Positions 1 through 8,920 of a stretch of DNA of 20,000 bases are shown piece after piece. Origin of the DNA: Mesotaenium endlicherianum (Eukaryota). The stretch is from NCBI GenBank assembly GCA_009602735.1, contig WELA01000395.1, forward strand, positions 184,042 through 204,041, written 5' to 3'. The position numbers and the translations under genes were made by a program. Position 1 is the stretch's first letter. Every line of letters starts with the position of its first letter. A model generated the notes under the pieces. The model was not told the DNA's origin. It was given only the letters and a program-made list of their open reading frames with translations, and did not search any database.

Positions 1-283
1 GAGATAAAAGTGTAAGCTTTACTGATGATCTCTGTGACTTACCACTGGCATAATGGGGACTTCTAAAAAGATGTCTCTCTAGGGACATCTCTAGTACTTA
101 TACTCCTAGAAACCCGACGGGTTAGGCGCGGATTCAATGCATGTGGTCTTCATCTAAGATCTACCTTTGCATATACACACATATACCTATCGTGCTAGCG
201 CTCCAATAGGCTAGTTACTACTCAATCCAATCAAAAGCGAGATGCTAGAATATGCTAAATGCTTGTGATAGGTCGAGCTCACT
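1..283 (-). repeat. Partial, diverged copy of the family-B LTR (inverted relative to 15647-15928)
   Basis: The reverse complement of ~15647-15928 aligns by eye with 1-~283. It includes a 30-bp identical block (78-107 vs 15824-15853) spanning the TATAAGTA box. The similarity runs off the window start. Confidence 0.85.
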
Positions 284-410
284 TTAGCACATGCTAAGCT
301 TGTAAGACAAGCTTGCACACTTATGTTTGTGCAATCAAACGGTTGCCCGCTAACCTGTGGTACTCCTGCAGGCTGTGACGGTTCCTGTCGGCTGAGCACA
401 TCTTGGTCGG

Positions 411-1347
411 TGTAACGATCCGAGCTATTTTAGGCGTATTTGGGACGTTTTCCCAATTACCTAAAGTACGTTATACTATTTATCATATTATTTGATAAAT
501 GATTGCATCATATTCAATTATTTACGTGTGTGCCGATTAATTCCTGGTCGACTGGCGAAACGACCGAGATACTATTGCAAAAAGCGTCGTAACGTAACTC
601 GACTACTTCGCAAAAGTACGACATAATTATTCATAAAGTTACTTTGATTACTTATGAGATGATAACTAATTAAATCATTGATTGATTAAGTTGATCTGAT
701 TGCCATTATTTCGACTATGCACACTCACAGATTTCGAATTACGACCAGTCGTTAACACGAACAAACCGTCGTATCAAGATACGAACAAACCGTCGTAAAG
801 ACAAACGGAACGAAATGTGCAAAGTCGCTTTGCATCGACGCGGATTCGAACCCGCGCCTTGTCGTTCGTAACGTTCACACCTAAACTAATTGGCCAAGTA
901 GTTATTCGTAACTTGTGATCTATGACGTAGTTATATGAGCGCGGCTTTGCGAACAGTCGCGACTTTTCGAAAAGTCGCGAGAACGCGAAAACGCCCGTTT
1001 GGCGCGAACCGGTTTTCTGAAAATCGTTAAAAAGTCTCCAAACCGCCAAACGGCGCGTTTCGAGCATTCGGCCGAATGGGACACGTCCCTTCGACCGTTT
1101 TCGTTGAACATGAACCAGTGCCCTAGGTGGTGACTCGAAGCACTCCAGTGCCTCATGTTGTGCAGGTATAAATACCTGTAGAGTCATTGTGATTGCAACT
1201 CTCACAAGCACACATTCTAAGTTAGTTTACATTTTCGCTCTTTCGAGTATTCGTCGATTTGCACAATTATACAGATTTTCCTTCCACTTGAATTAAATAT
1301 TCCTTGAATACCGAGGAAAGATCCTCTCGAAAAGCAGAAACGTAACA
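411..1347 (+). repeat. 5' LTR of element A
   Basis: Starts TGTAACG and ends CGTAACA (imperfect inverted termini, TG...CA). It contains TATAAATA and is followed after 1 nt by a PBS. The partner LTR is not in the window, so the left boundary is inferred from the terminus motif. Confidence 0.75.
1167..1174 (+). promoter_or_regulatory. Putative TATA box in LTR A
   Basis: TATAAATA lies ~180 bp upstream of the LTR end, at the centre of the small inverted repeat CAGGTAT-AA-ATACCTG. Confidence 0.55.
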
Positions 1348-1348
1348 T

Positions 1349-1361
1349 TGGTATCGGAGCC
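1349..1361 (+). promoter_or_regulatory. Primer-binding site (initiator tRNA-Met type), element A
   Basis: TGGTATCGGAGCC follows the LTR-terminal CA. It matches the plant iMet PBS TGGTATCAGAGCC with one G.U wobble. Confidence 0.9.
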
Positions 1362-1452
1362 GATCTCGGTTTCTCCAAGGAATTATTTTTTCTTTAGTGG
1401 TTTGGAAATATATTGTGGGAAAATATATTTTAGGGGCAATTCTTTACTCGGA

Positions 1453-1648
1453 CGGTCACCGATCCCAGTATTGCCCTGCGCTCCGGTCGCTTATCATAGT
1501 TTCTGGGGCAGCTTGTCGAGCGGTCACCCATCCCAGTTCTGCACTGCGCGACGGTCGCTTATCATAGTTTTTAGGGCAGATTGTTGGCGCAGTCACCCAT
1601 CCCAGTCCTGCCGTGCGCTACGATCGCTTATTGTAGTTCGTGGGCAGA
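1453..1648 (+). repeat. Tandem repeat, about 3 copies of a 68-69 bp unit, in the leader of element A
   Basis: Units start at 1453, 1521 and 1590 (CRGTCACCSATCCCAGT...TCGCTTATYRTAGTT...GGGCAG). Confidence 0.9.
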
Positions 1649-2333
1649 AACCTCGGCTTCCATATGGAACCGACATTAGTGCCAACGCTGCTGCCGCTCT
1701 TGCCGCTGGCCACGACGACAACCTCAACGGTCCCTCAGGCCAACTAGGCGCTGTCGGATTTTTTTCCGTTGAACCTTTCTTTTTTCGCCGTTACTAACAA
1801 CGCGCTTGTTTCTTTTTCAGACGATTTCGACTTTTGTGGTGAAGGGCGCCTATTCAGCCCCTTGCACATGTTCAAGTCAAAATCTGCACCCGTTTGGGGC
1901 TTTTGGCTCCGTTGCACACAAAAGGGGTCCATAGGGGACTTGTCGCGCACAATTTATGGATTCAGAACATTGTCGTCCATATTTGGTCACGTTTTGACCA
2001 GTTTTTGACATGTTTCTTTGACATTAGGTTGATTTTGTTGCTCACTTGAGTTTGTGGATTGTTTCCCTTTCTCTATTGCTTTGGCACGATGCTTTTGCAT
2101 CTGTTCTATCTCGTCCATTTGTGACTCACCCCTCTCACATGGATTTGAGCTTGAAAGCGATAAGAACACCGCCCTGCTTATCACAACGCTCACTCAAATC
2201 ATGTCAAGGATGACATTGCATATTACTTGATAAGTGCCAATTTCTTCTGAGCTATTCACAACACGACTTAGTGAGCAGGAAATTCTAGGTGTTTGTTCGC
2301 AAGCACCAAAAGTTCTTGTACACTCTGGCATAC

Positions 2334-3053
2334 TGAAATGAATCGACTTACCAAATAGGCGATTAACAATTAATAAAGATCTTTATATCAGCAAGTAATC
2401 TTTATGGTATTTCCGTTAACTAGTTAAACGGCAAAGGACAATACACTAGCAGGGAATAATACTCGTAAGTCAAATGCGAGTAAACTAGCATCAATGATGC
2501 AAATCAGTAAACTCATACATAAGCAAGGTTAGAAGACAGTGCGTATCAATGGCTTCTCGCCTTGGATTCAGATCTCTCTCAGTAAGCTGTACAAGAGAGT
2601 TGGCCTCGTTTCCGAATGCCGAACTCGAGAGCAATGCCTAGCATATGTACATGGAATGAGTTTACTGTTCAACGGTCAGTGCGATGGCACCGCCTACCCG
2701 GGAGTTAACCACGTTGGTAGGACCTCGGTTAACCAAATCCACCGCCATCTCCCATCATCCCGAATAGCCATCCATCATAGGGATGTCATCTGGCTATTCA
2801 TCTAGCATATCGCACTTAGATGCATATCAAGGCAGTTCGCTGCTACCGAGTACGGAAGTCAGCTTGCTGTCAAAGAATGTGTCAGCAAGCTGACTTATAT
2901 GGACTTTCAGCCTGCTGCTTTCGACTGAGTCATCAAACTGATAATTATGTAAAGTCCAGCAGACTGACTATTAACTAAAGTTCAGCAGGCTGAACTTAAT
3001 TAACTATTATATTTAAATGAATATTATATCCACTAATATACTGATTCATTACA
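2334..3053 (-). repeat. 3' LTR of element C (720 bp)
   Basis: Direct repeat of 10409-11153, adjacent to the PPT and the TSD. Confidence 0.97.
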
Positions 3054-3068
3054 ATCCCTCCAACTTAA
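3054..3068 (-). promoter_or_regulatory. Polypurine tract of element C
   Basis: The minus strand reads TTAAGTTGGAGGGAT directly before the LTR-initial TGTAATG. It is preceded by an 8-bp hairpin (3071-3089). Confidence 0.8.
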
Positions 3069-3166
3069 CTTGTTGTCGCCTCGACAACATTAAACTGCAG
3101 AAATTTTAAATAAGGGAACTGAACCTGACCAGCCTCCCTTACTGACTGCCTCTTCAGCGTGTCACC

Positions 3167-4843
3167 TTAAGGGGTTGTTCCTGGGGCTTCAGAATCAGGA
3201 GACGGAGATCTGGACCTAGATCTGGACAGCCCTCTAGGTCTGTCAGCTGGCCTTCTAAAGAACCCTGTTTGCTCTAAAGTTGGCCCTCGAGGAGAACGGA
3301 GGATGGTGGCCTGCTCTTCAACCACTTGGGTGTTGATTCCCACATAGACAGGCATTCCAGTAGGATGCTGAAATACATTGGCTAGAGGTACATGCCCCTG
3401 AGCGGAGGGGGAGGCTGGCATACCTCTGGCCCACCCGCGTGTCCCTCTTCTGGCACCCCTGTCCTCTGGGGATTTCTGCCTGTGTCTGCTGCCCAATACA
3501 GTCAGATCAGCTTCTTCCCCTGCTTGGGCAGGTGGGCTGTGGGAGCGAGCGCGGGGTCCAGTAGTCGCCATAACGGGGATCACATTCCAAACACCTGATC
3601 GTGGTTCTTTAAGAAGCGCCCCTGCCTGTCCCTGGGTATCCTGAGTACCTGCTGCTGATGCTTCTCCTCTGCCTTGTTCTTCTTCCTCATCCTCCTCATC
3701 CTCCTCCTCGGAGAGAGTAGGGGTCTCGTCCACTAAGTCGTCCTGCTCCCTAGTAGACATGGAGTAGTCTACCGACCTCCCTTTCTTAGGGCGCGCTGGA
3801 GGTTGCTTGGCCTTCAGCCTACTGATATCTATCCGGCCTGCATTCTTTGCCCATTTGACAAAGGCATGCTTTCCCTTAGAGAAGTACTCTCTTCCCCTCC
3901 TCCTATGTTCCTTGGTCTCTGCATTCATATTGCTCAGGCATCCATTCAGCCTGGGGTCCCAAGGGGCAATGTGAGGTGGTAGGATGAGATAGCCGTCTAG
4001 GCCATAGTGGAAGTCATCCGGTTGGGCTCGGTCACACTCCTGCTTCTTATTTGTGACGGTCATCCACCTCCAGTCTGTTGGCTGCTGGTAGTACTGGGGT
4101 CCGTGCTCAGCCTTCCTCAGTTTACACGGGAACCAGTGGGGAGAGAACATCTGCTGTCCTGCTTCCCTGGCCAAGTACTCCCAGCTCCTTCTCTCAACTT
4201 CATTGTAAGCTGGCAGGAGTGTGAGGTAGAATACCGTATCCTTAAAGCTATCGGGCCGCATGCTCACCATCCGGATGAGTCTCTGATCTCCCACTATTCC
4301 CGGTATGGGGACCGGCTTGTCCTCTGAATCATCTGCGAGATACCGGGCCTGCTCTGCTGTATAGCCCACCATCTTAGCATAATCTTCGTAAAGGACCACG
4401 CCGGTGTGTGTCTCGATGTACCTGTCCAGTGCTGTAGCTCCTTCCTTCTGTAGCAGTGTTGTCTGTTCCAGCCTGTTGATCTCCTGGGCTGCCAGCAATG
4501 CTTCCTTCAGGTTATCGAAGTTTTGGCCACCCACCACAGTATACCTGTAAGTGGCCAAGCTCTTCTGTCTGTCCGCTTCAATCTTTTTTCTTTTCTCCTC
4601 TTCTGCCGCTGCCGCTTCTTCTTGCTGTTTCTTCTGTCTCTCCTCCTCAGCCTTCCTGAGGTTTTCCGCTTCCTGATCCTTCTTCCTCTGTGCCTCTTCT
4701 GCCGCCTCTTGTTGTTTGCGGACCCTTTCTTGTTCTCTCCTGGTGAGGGACGTCGCCGCCAGCTCCTTCTGGTATTGCTCCATTGTCCTCCTGGCTTCTT
4801 CTGCCTTGCGCTTTCTGTCCTCCTTTTGTGTGGTGGGCGCCAT
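3167..4843 (-). CDS. Extra ORF3 of element C, 558 aa, unknown function (coiled-coil N-terminus, central globular region, basic motif, acidic tract, RS-rich tail)
   Basis: Uninterrupted 1.7-kb sense ORF between pol and the PPT. The ATG at 4843 immediately follows a consensus splice acceptor; the track start at 4867 is a TTG. No signal peptide or transmembrane segment is visible. Confidence 0.85.
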   Translation of the reverse strand: MAPTTQKEDRKRKAEEARRTMEQYQKELAATSLTRREQERVRKQQEAAEEAQRKKDQEAENLRKAEEERQKKQQEEAAAAEEEKRKKIEADRQKSLATYRYTVVGGQNFDNLKEALLAAQEINRLEQTTLLQKEGATALDRYIETHTGVVLYEDYAKMVGYTAEQARYLADDSEDKPVPIPGIVGDQRLIRMVSMRPDSFKDTVFYLTLLPAYNEVERRSWEYLAREAGQQMFSPHWFPCKLRKAEHGPQYYQQPTDWRWMTVTNKKQECDRAQPDDFHYGLDGYLILPPHIAPWDPRLNGCLSNMNAETKEHRRRGREYFSKGKHAFVKWAKNAGRIDISRLKAKQPPARPKKGRSVDYSMSTREQDDLVDETPTLSEEEDEEDEEEEQGRGEASAAGTQDTQGQAGALLKEPRSGVWNVIPVMATTGPRARSHSPPAQAGEEADLTVLGSRHRQKSPEDRGARRGTRGWARGMPASPSAQGHVPLANVFQHPTGMPVYVGINTQVVEEQATILRSPRGPTLEQTGFFRRPADRPRGLSRSRSRSPSPDSEAPGTTP

Positions 4844-4844
4844 C

Positions 4845-4874
4845 CTGCACATGTAACCAGGGCACAAGTTAGTA
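4845..4874 (-). promoter_or_regulatory. Putative branch point and 3' splice site upstream of ORF3
   Basis: The minus strand reads TACTAAC (4874-4868) ... TGCAG|G ATG. The branch A is 24 nt from the end of the acceptor. Confidence 0.65.
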
Positions 4875-5110
4875 GGATATGGACCTTTGTCATAGGGATT
4901 GCAGGAAGTATGATAGTATTTAGTATAGTGGCTTCGCTGCTGTTTACCTTACAGGATGATTGCTAAAAGTTGACGTAGTTGCGATGCGCTACACATAAAC
5001 GTATGAGTGTGTTTTTATCGCTCTCGCTCACCTACTGTCATATATTTTCCCCTTCAACTTAAATGGAGACAGGACCGCCTGTCATCTTCCCGTGTCAACT
5101 GAAATGACAG

Positions 5111-8100
5111 TTATGGAGGGACTCCAGCGGCCCGAAGGTGGAACCGTGTCAACGCCCCTTTGGCATTGGTCAAGTGGTCTTTAAACTCCCAAGTGTCTCC
5201 AGAGGCATCGTAACCCTTCCATCGAATGAGGTATTTCATGACACATTTAGACGATCGACGGACCGAGCGAGCGTCTAAAATCTCATCGACCTCATATTCC
5301 TCAGGGTCGCCGTCCCGGACAGCGGGGACCGGTCCCGGTTGGACAGGGAACCGATTTGTGAACAGTGTATCACCTTTGATGTACGGTTCCAGGAAGGAGA
5401 CATTAAAGACCGGGTGCCCCTTGTATTCAGCTGACATGTTCAGTTTGTAAGCATTCTGACCGACACGACGGACCACCGAATATGGACCGACCCAGACAGG
5501 GCCAAGCTTTTTCTTGACCACACCAGGGAGGTACAGGTGCTGAGAATGCAGTTTGACTAAATCCCCCTTGGAAAATGTCAGTTCCCGACGGTGTTGATTA
5601 GCGTATTTTTGTTGATTTTGCTGGGCCGTGTGCAAGTTTCGTTGGACTTCGAACAGGGTGTCAGCAAACTCCTGAGTTAACTGGAGGGAGACCGGGTTGT
5701 CAATCCCTTCAGGGTGAGTTAAAGATTCCCCTAGCACATCTAGAGGAGACCTAGGGACTCTACCCAGGCTGAGTTCAAAAGGAGTTTTGCCCGTTGACGC
5801 GTGCACCGCACTGTTGACCGCAAACTGAATTTGAGGCAACAGGTCATCCCAATTATCTTGTTTTTGGTTAATATATGCTCTCAGCACCTCCTGCAGAACT
5901 CGGTTAGTTCTTTCAGTCTGCCCATCAGTCTGAGGGTGGTTTGCTGTGCTGAGCAGCTGTTTGACTCCCATTAACCCCATTAAAGCTCTCCAGAACTTAG
6001 AGGTGAATTTTGAGTCTCTGTCTGAGATGATATTAGAAGGGAGCCCATGTTGGCATACTACATGGTTGTAAAACTGTCTCGCTGTTTCGAGTGCAGTCAC
6101 TTTGACAGTTGTGGGGATAAAAATGACCATTTTTGTCAGTTTATCCACGACTACCAGTATTGAATCATGCCCGTTGGCAGTTCTTGGTAGTGAGACCACC
6201 CAGTCCATGGATATAGTTTCCCAGCGTCCCGCTGGGATGGGTAGCGGTTGCAAGAGACCTCCGGGTGGTGTGTGCCGAGACTTATTTCTCTGACACTGGT
6301 CACAGGACTTGACATATTTCAAGACCTCCCGGGGTAACCCCTCCCAATGATAATGTTTTGCCAGTTTGCCAACAGTTTTGGCCTGCCCCAAATGTCCACC
6401 CAGGAGACTGTCATGAGCTTGACTCAGTAAGAGAGACCTTATTTCCAAGTTATTAGGAATGACCAGCTTCAGCCTGCCTGAAGTGGTTTCAGTCACCCAG
6501 ACCCCTCCCTTGAGCTTATACCCGAGTGCAGTAGCACGACACACACCAGTAGTGGGGCTGGGCTCAAATGTTGGGTCAGAAAGGTAGGCTTTCCTAAGTT
6601 GTTCAAGGAAGGACTTTTTCACCTTTAGTGAAGTGAGTGCACACAGGACTTTATCTACAGCATGCTGACTAAAGTTCCTTTCTTGCAAGTCAGGTCTTCT
6701 AGAGAGTGCATCAGCAGGATTCAACTTCCCTGGTTTGTAGTCGATCTGGACTTGGAACTGCTCCAGCATCTGGCTCCAGCGGTTCTCCCTCCTCGACAGC
6801 TTGGACTTCTTCTGAAAGTGGGTCAGAGCTAGATGATCTGTAATCACCTTAAAAGCTTTACCATGTAAGTATGCTCTCCACTGTTTGAGTACATGAATGA
6901 TAGCTAGCAGCTCTTTATCATGCACTGAGTAATTAATCTCCGCTGGATTAAATTTCATAGACTCATACAACACAGGATGCCACTCCTGCCGTACCTTACC
7001 ATCCTTTGTGGTTTTGTCAGCAGGCTGCAACAAAATAGCACCCATGGCAAAATCAGAGGCATCAGTAACCACCTGCACCGGTTTGCTGGGGTCATACACG
7101 GCTAGCACTGGGGCAGAACAAAGGGCATCTTTAAGGGTCTGGAAGGCAGCCTGCTGCTCTTCCCCCCACACATACCCGATGTCTTTCTTAGTAAGGTCAG
7201 TCAGTTTACTGGCCTTTGTGGAATAATTCTCAATAAATCTCCTATAGTAGTTAGCCAACCCGAGGAAGGATCTAACTTCAGAGACAGACTGTGGTACTGG
7301 CCAGTCCCTTATGGTCTGGACTTTCTTAGGATCCACACTGATGCCCTCTTTACTGACAACGTGGCCTAAGAATTCAATACTTTCCTTAAAGAAATCACAC
7401 TTGCTCATTTTAGCATACAAGTGATTTTTCCGCAGAGTGTCCAGCACTTTCTTTAAGTGTTCAGTGTGCTGAGCTTCATCTTTAGAGAAAATTAAAATAT
7501 CATCCAGGAAAACTTGCACAAACTTATCCAAATAAGGTCTGAAAATGTCATTCATAGCACCCATAAAGGTAGCAGGAGCATTAGTCAGTCCAAATGGCAT
7601 CACGTTGAACTCATAGTGTCCATAACGTGTGCGGAAAGCAGTCTTGTGTTCATCCCCCTCAGCAATTCTGATTTGATGATAACCACTCTTGAGATCTATC
7701 TTACTGAACACCTTAGCGCCAGACAGGGTATCAAGCAAGTCCTCGATCCTGGGTAAAGCATACTTGTTCTTTACTGTAATTCTGTTCAGGGCTCTGTAAT
7801 CCACACACATCCGCATACTGCCATCCTTTTTCTTAACAAATAGGATAGGTGCGCCGTACGGTGATTTACTGGGAGAAATGTAACCATTTTCCTCCAGCTC
7901 TGCAATCTGTGTTTTCAACTCCTCGCTCTCCAAATAAGACAAGCCATAAGTGCGTTGCCAGGGTGGCTGGCTACCAGGTAATAGATCAATCCTATGATCT
8001 ACTTCCCTTTTAGGGGGTAGTCCTGGAGGCATGTTAAACACATCAGTGTACTGAGCAACAATTTTTGCAGCAGTAGGGTGCTCCGGAGGGCTTACCTTTT

Positions 8101-8920
8101 TCTCAACCACTTCTTCAGGTTGAGGAGGTACCTCTCTTAGCAGCAGACAGAACATTCTGTCTTCCTTCTGGTTCCAGCTTTTGACGAACTCCATTGCATT
8201 CAGCAACTTGCATCCTTCTGGAAGCCTCTTCTTTTCCTTCATTTGCCATCCACACAGGACAAGAGGAAGAGCACTGGTGGGTGCCAAGTCAGTCTGCCCA
8301 TCACTGGCTCCTCTCACTTTAACTGTACCTCTGCTCCAACACACTTCAGCTTGATGTCTATTAAGCCAGGACCTGCCTAGCACGAGATCATAAAAGCCAG
8401 TGTTGAGTACCTCAAATGTAAGCGTTTCAGTTAGAACTGCAATGCCAGAACCTAACTGGACCTCAATAGGCTTGGTTATAACTCCTCCCGGGATACTTGA
8501 GGCATCTCCAAGGAATATTTTTCTATTCCCTTGGGTGACAGTAGGCAGCCTTAGCCGCTTAACTAAGTCCTTGTGAATAAAAGTATGTGACGCCCCTCCG
8601 TCAACAAATGCCCTCACCTTCCTACCTGCAATCATGCAATGCAGTAGGATAGGGGGGACTGTCTTTTCCTGACTTTCGCATTGTTCTCCTGACGTAGCAA
8701 AGAAATGTTGGACATCAGGTGGAACAAGAGCATCCAGAGTGTGCACTCTCTGGACGTCTATATTACTGATGGTCTCCTTTATCTGTTTGTCAGGCATGCA
8801 TAGTGAATCCAGTTCAGCAGGACCCATAATACCTGCTACGAGGGCAGCTAGTGACGACTCACTATCTCTAGCATCCTCACAGTCAGTAGACTGGATTACT
8901 GACTGTTGCTGTCTTTTAAA
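5111..8920 (-). CDS. pol: Pol polyprotein of element C: aspartic protease, reverse transcriptase, RNase H, integrase, chromodomain (entered by -1 frameshift from gag)
   Basis: Motifs: [11 protein letters not shown] (PR); [27 protein letters not shown] and FLDD (RT); TDASD (RH); H..GGHLG..CDQC with the ISMDW/ISDRD core (INT); [21 protein letters not shown] (chromodomain). The frame is open from 8941; the first Met is at 8827. Confidence 0.97.
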   Translation of the reverse strand, partial: FKRQQQSVIQSTDCEDARDSESSLAALVAGIMGPAELDSLCMPDKQIKETISNIDVQRVHTLDALVPPDVQHFFATSGEQCESQEKTVPPILLHCMIAGRKVRAFVDGGASHTFIHKDLVKRLRLPTVTQGNRKIFLGDASSIPGGVITKPIEVQLGSGIAVLTETLTFEVLNTGFYDLVLGRSWLNRHQAEVCWSRGTVKVRGASDGQTDLAPTSALPLVLCGWQMKEKKRLPEGCKLLNAMEFVKSWNQKEDRMFCLLLREVPPQPEEVVEKKVSPPEHPTAAKIVAQYTDVFNMPPGLPPKREVDHRIDLLPGSQPPWQRTYGLSYLESEELKTQIAELEENGYISPSKSPYGAPILFVKKKDGSMRMCVDYRALNRITVKNKYALPRIEDLLDTLSGAKVFSKIDLKSGYHQIRIAEGDEHKTAFRTRYGHYEFNVMPFGLTNAPATFMGAMNDIFRPYLDKFVQVFLDDILIFSKDEAQHTEHLKKVLDTLRKNHLYAKMSKCDFFKESIEFLGHVVSKEGISVDPKKVQTIRDWPVPQSVSEVRSFLGLANYYRRFIENYSTKASKLTDLTKKDIGYVWGEEQQAAFQTLKDALCSAPVLAVYDPSKPVQVVTDASDFAMGAILLQPADKTTKDGKVRQEWHPVLYESMKFNPAEINYSVHDKELLAIIHVLKQWRAYLHGKAFKVITDHLALTHFQKKSKLSRRENRWSQMLEQFQVQIDYKPGKLNPADALSRRPDLQERNFSQHAVDKVLCALTSLKVKKSFLEQLRKAYLSDPTFEPSPTTGVCRATALGYKLKGGVWVTETTSGRLKLVIPNNLEIRSLLLSQAHDSLLGGHLGQAKTVGKLAKHYHWEGLPREVLKYVKSCDQCQRNKSRHTPPGGLLQPLPIPAGRWETISMDWVVSLPRTANGHDSILVVVDKLTKMVIFIPTTVKVTALETARQFYNHVVCQHGLPSNIISDRDSKFTSKFWRALMGLMGVKQLLSTANHPQTDGQTERTNRVLQEVLRAYINQKQDNWDDLLPQIQFAVNSAVHASTGKTPFELSLGRVPRSPLDVLGESLTHPEGIDNPVSLQLTQEFADTLFEVQRNLHTAQQNQQKYANQHRRELTFSKGDLVKLHSQHLYLPGVVKKKLGPVWVGPYSVVRRVGQNAYKLNMSAEYKGHPVFNVSFLEPYIKGDTLFTNRFPVQPGPVPAVRDGDPEEYEVDEILDARSVRRSSKCVMKYLIRWKGYDASGDTWEFKDHLTNAKGALTRFHLRAAGVPP
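8879..8920 (-). promoter_or_regulatory. -1 programmed ribosomal frameshift signal (slippery heptamer plus hairpin)
   Basis: U_UUA_AAA is in gag phase (8920-8914), followed by a 7-nt spacer and a perfect 10-bp stem ACAGUCAGUA/UACUGACUGU with an 8-nt loop. Pol is in the -1 frame and overlaps gag by ~45 nt. Confidence 0.85.

Noticed and set aside
1453..1648. CRISPR-like array
   Set aside because: Whole units are similar with no unique spacers, there are no cas genes, and the context is a eukaryotic retroelement.
2539..2805. 88-aa ORF repeated at 10614-10880
   Set aside because: It lies antisense within the LTRs, has a GTG start and no motif. The duplication simply reflects the LTR pair.
4507..4966. 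Overlapping alternative-frame and antisense ORFs, including a hydrophobic 147-aa one
   Set aside because: These are shadows of the purine-rich coiled-coil coding region of ORF3. The same applies to the poly-Ser ORF at 16667-17119.
8590..8610. DGG instead of DSG/DTG in the protease and FLDD instead of YLDD in the RT of element C
   Set aside because: The catalytic aspartates are retained, and a single copy cannot show whether these are lineage traits or private mutations.
8868..8896. Pseudoknot extension of the frameshift hairpin (loop AUCC with downstream GGAU)
   Set aside because: It is only 4 bp and uses the 5' edge of the loop with no linker, which is poor H-type geometry. Only the hairpin is claimed.
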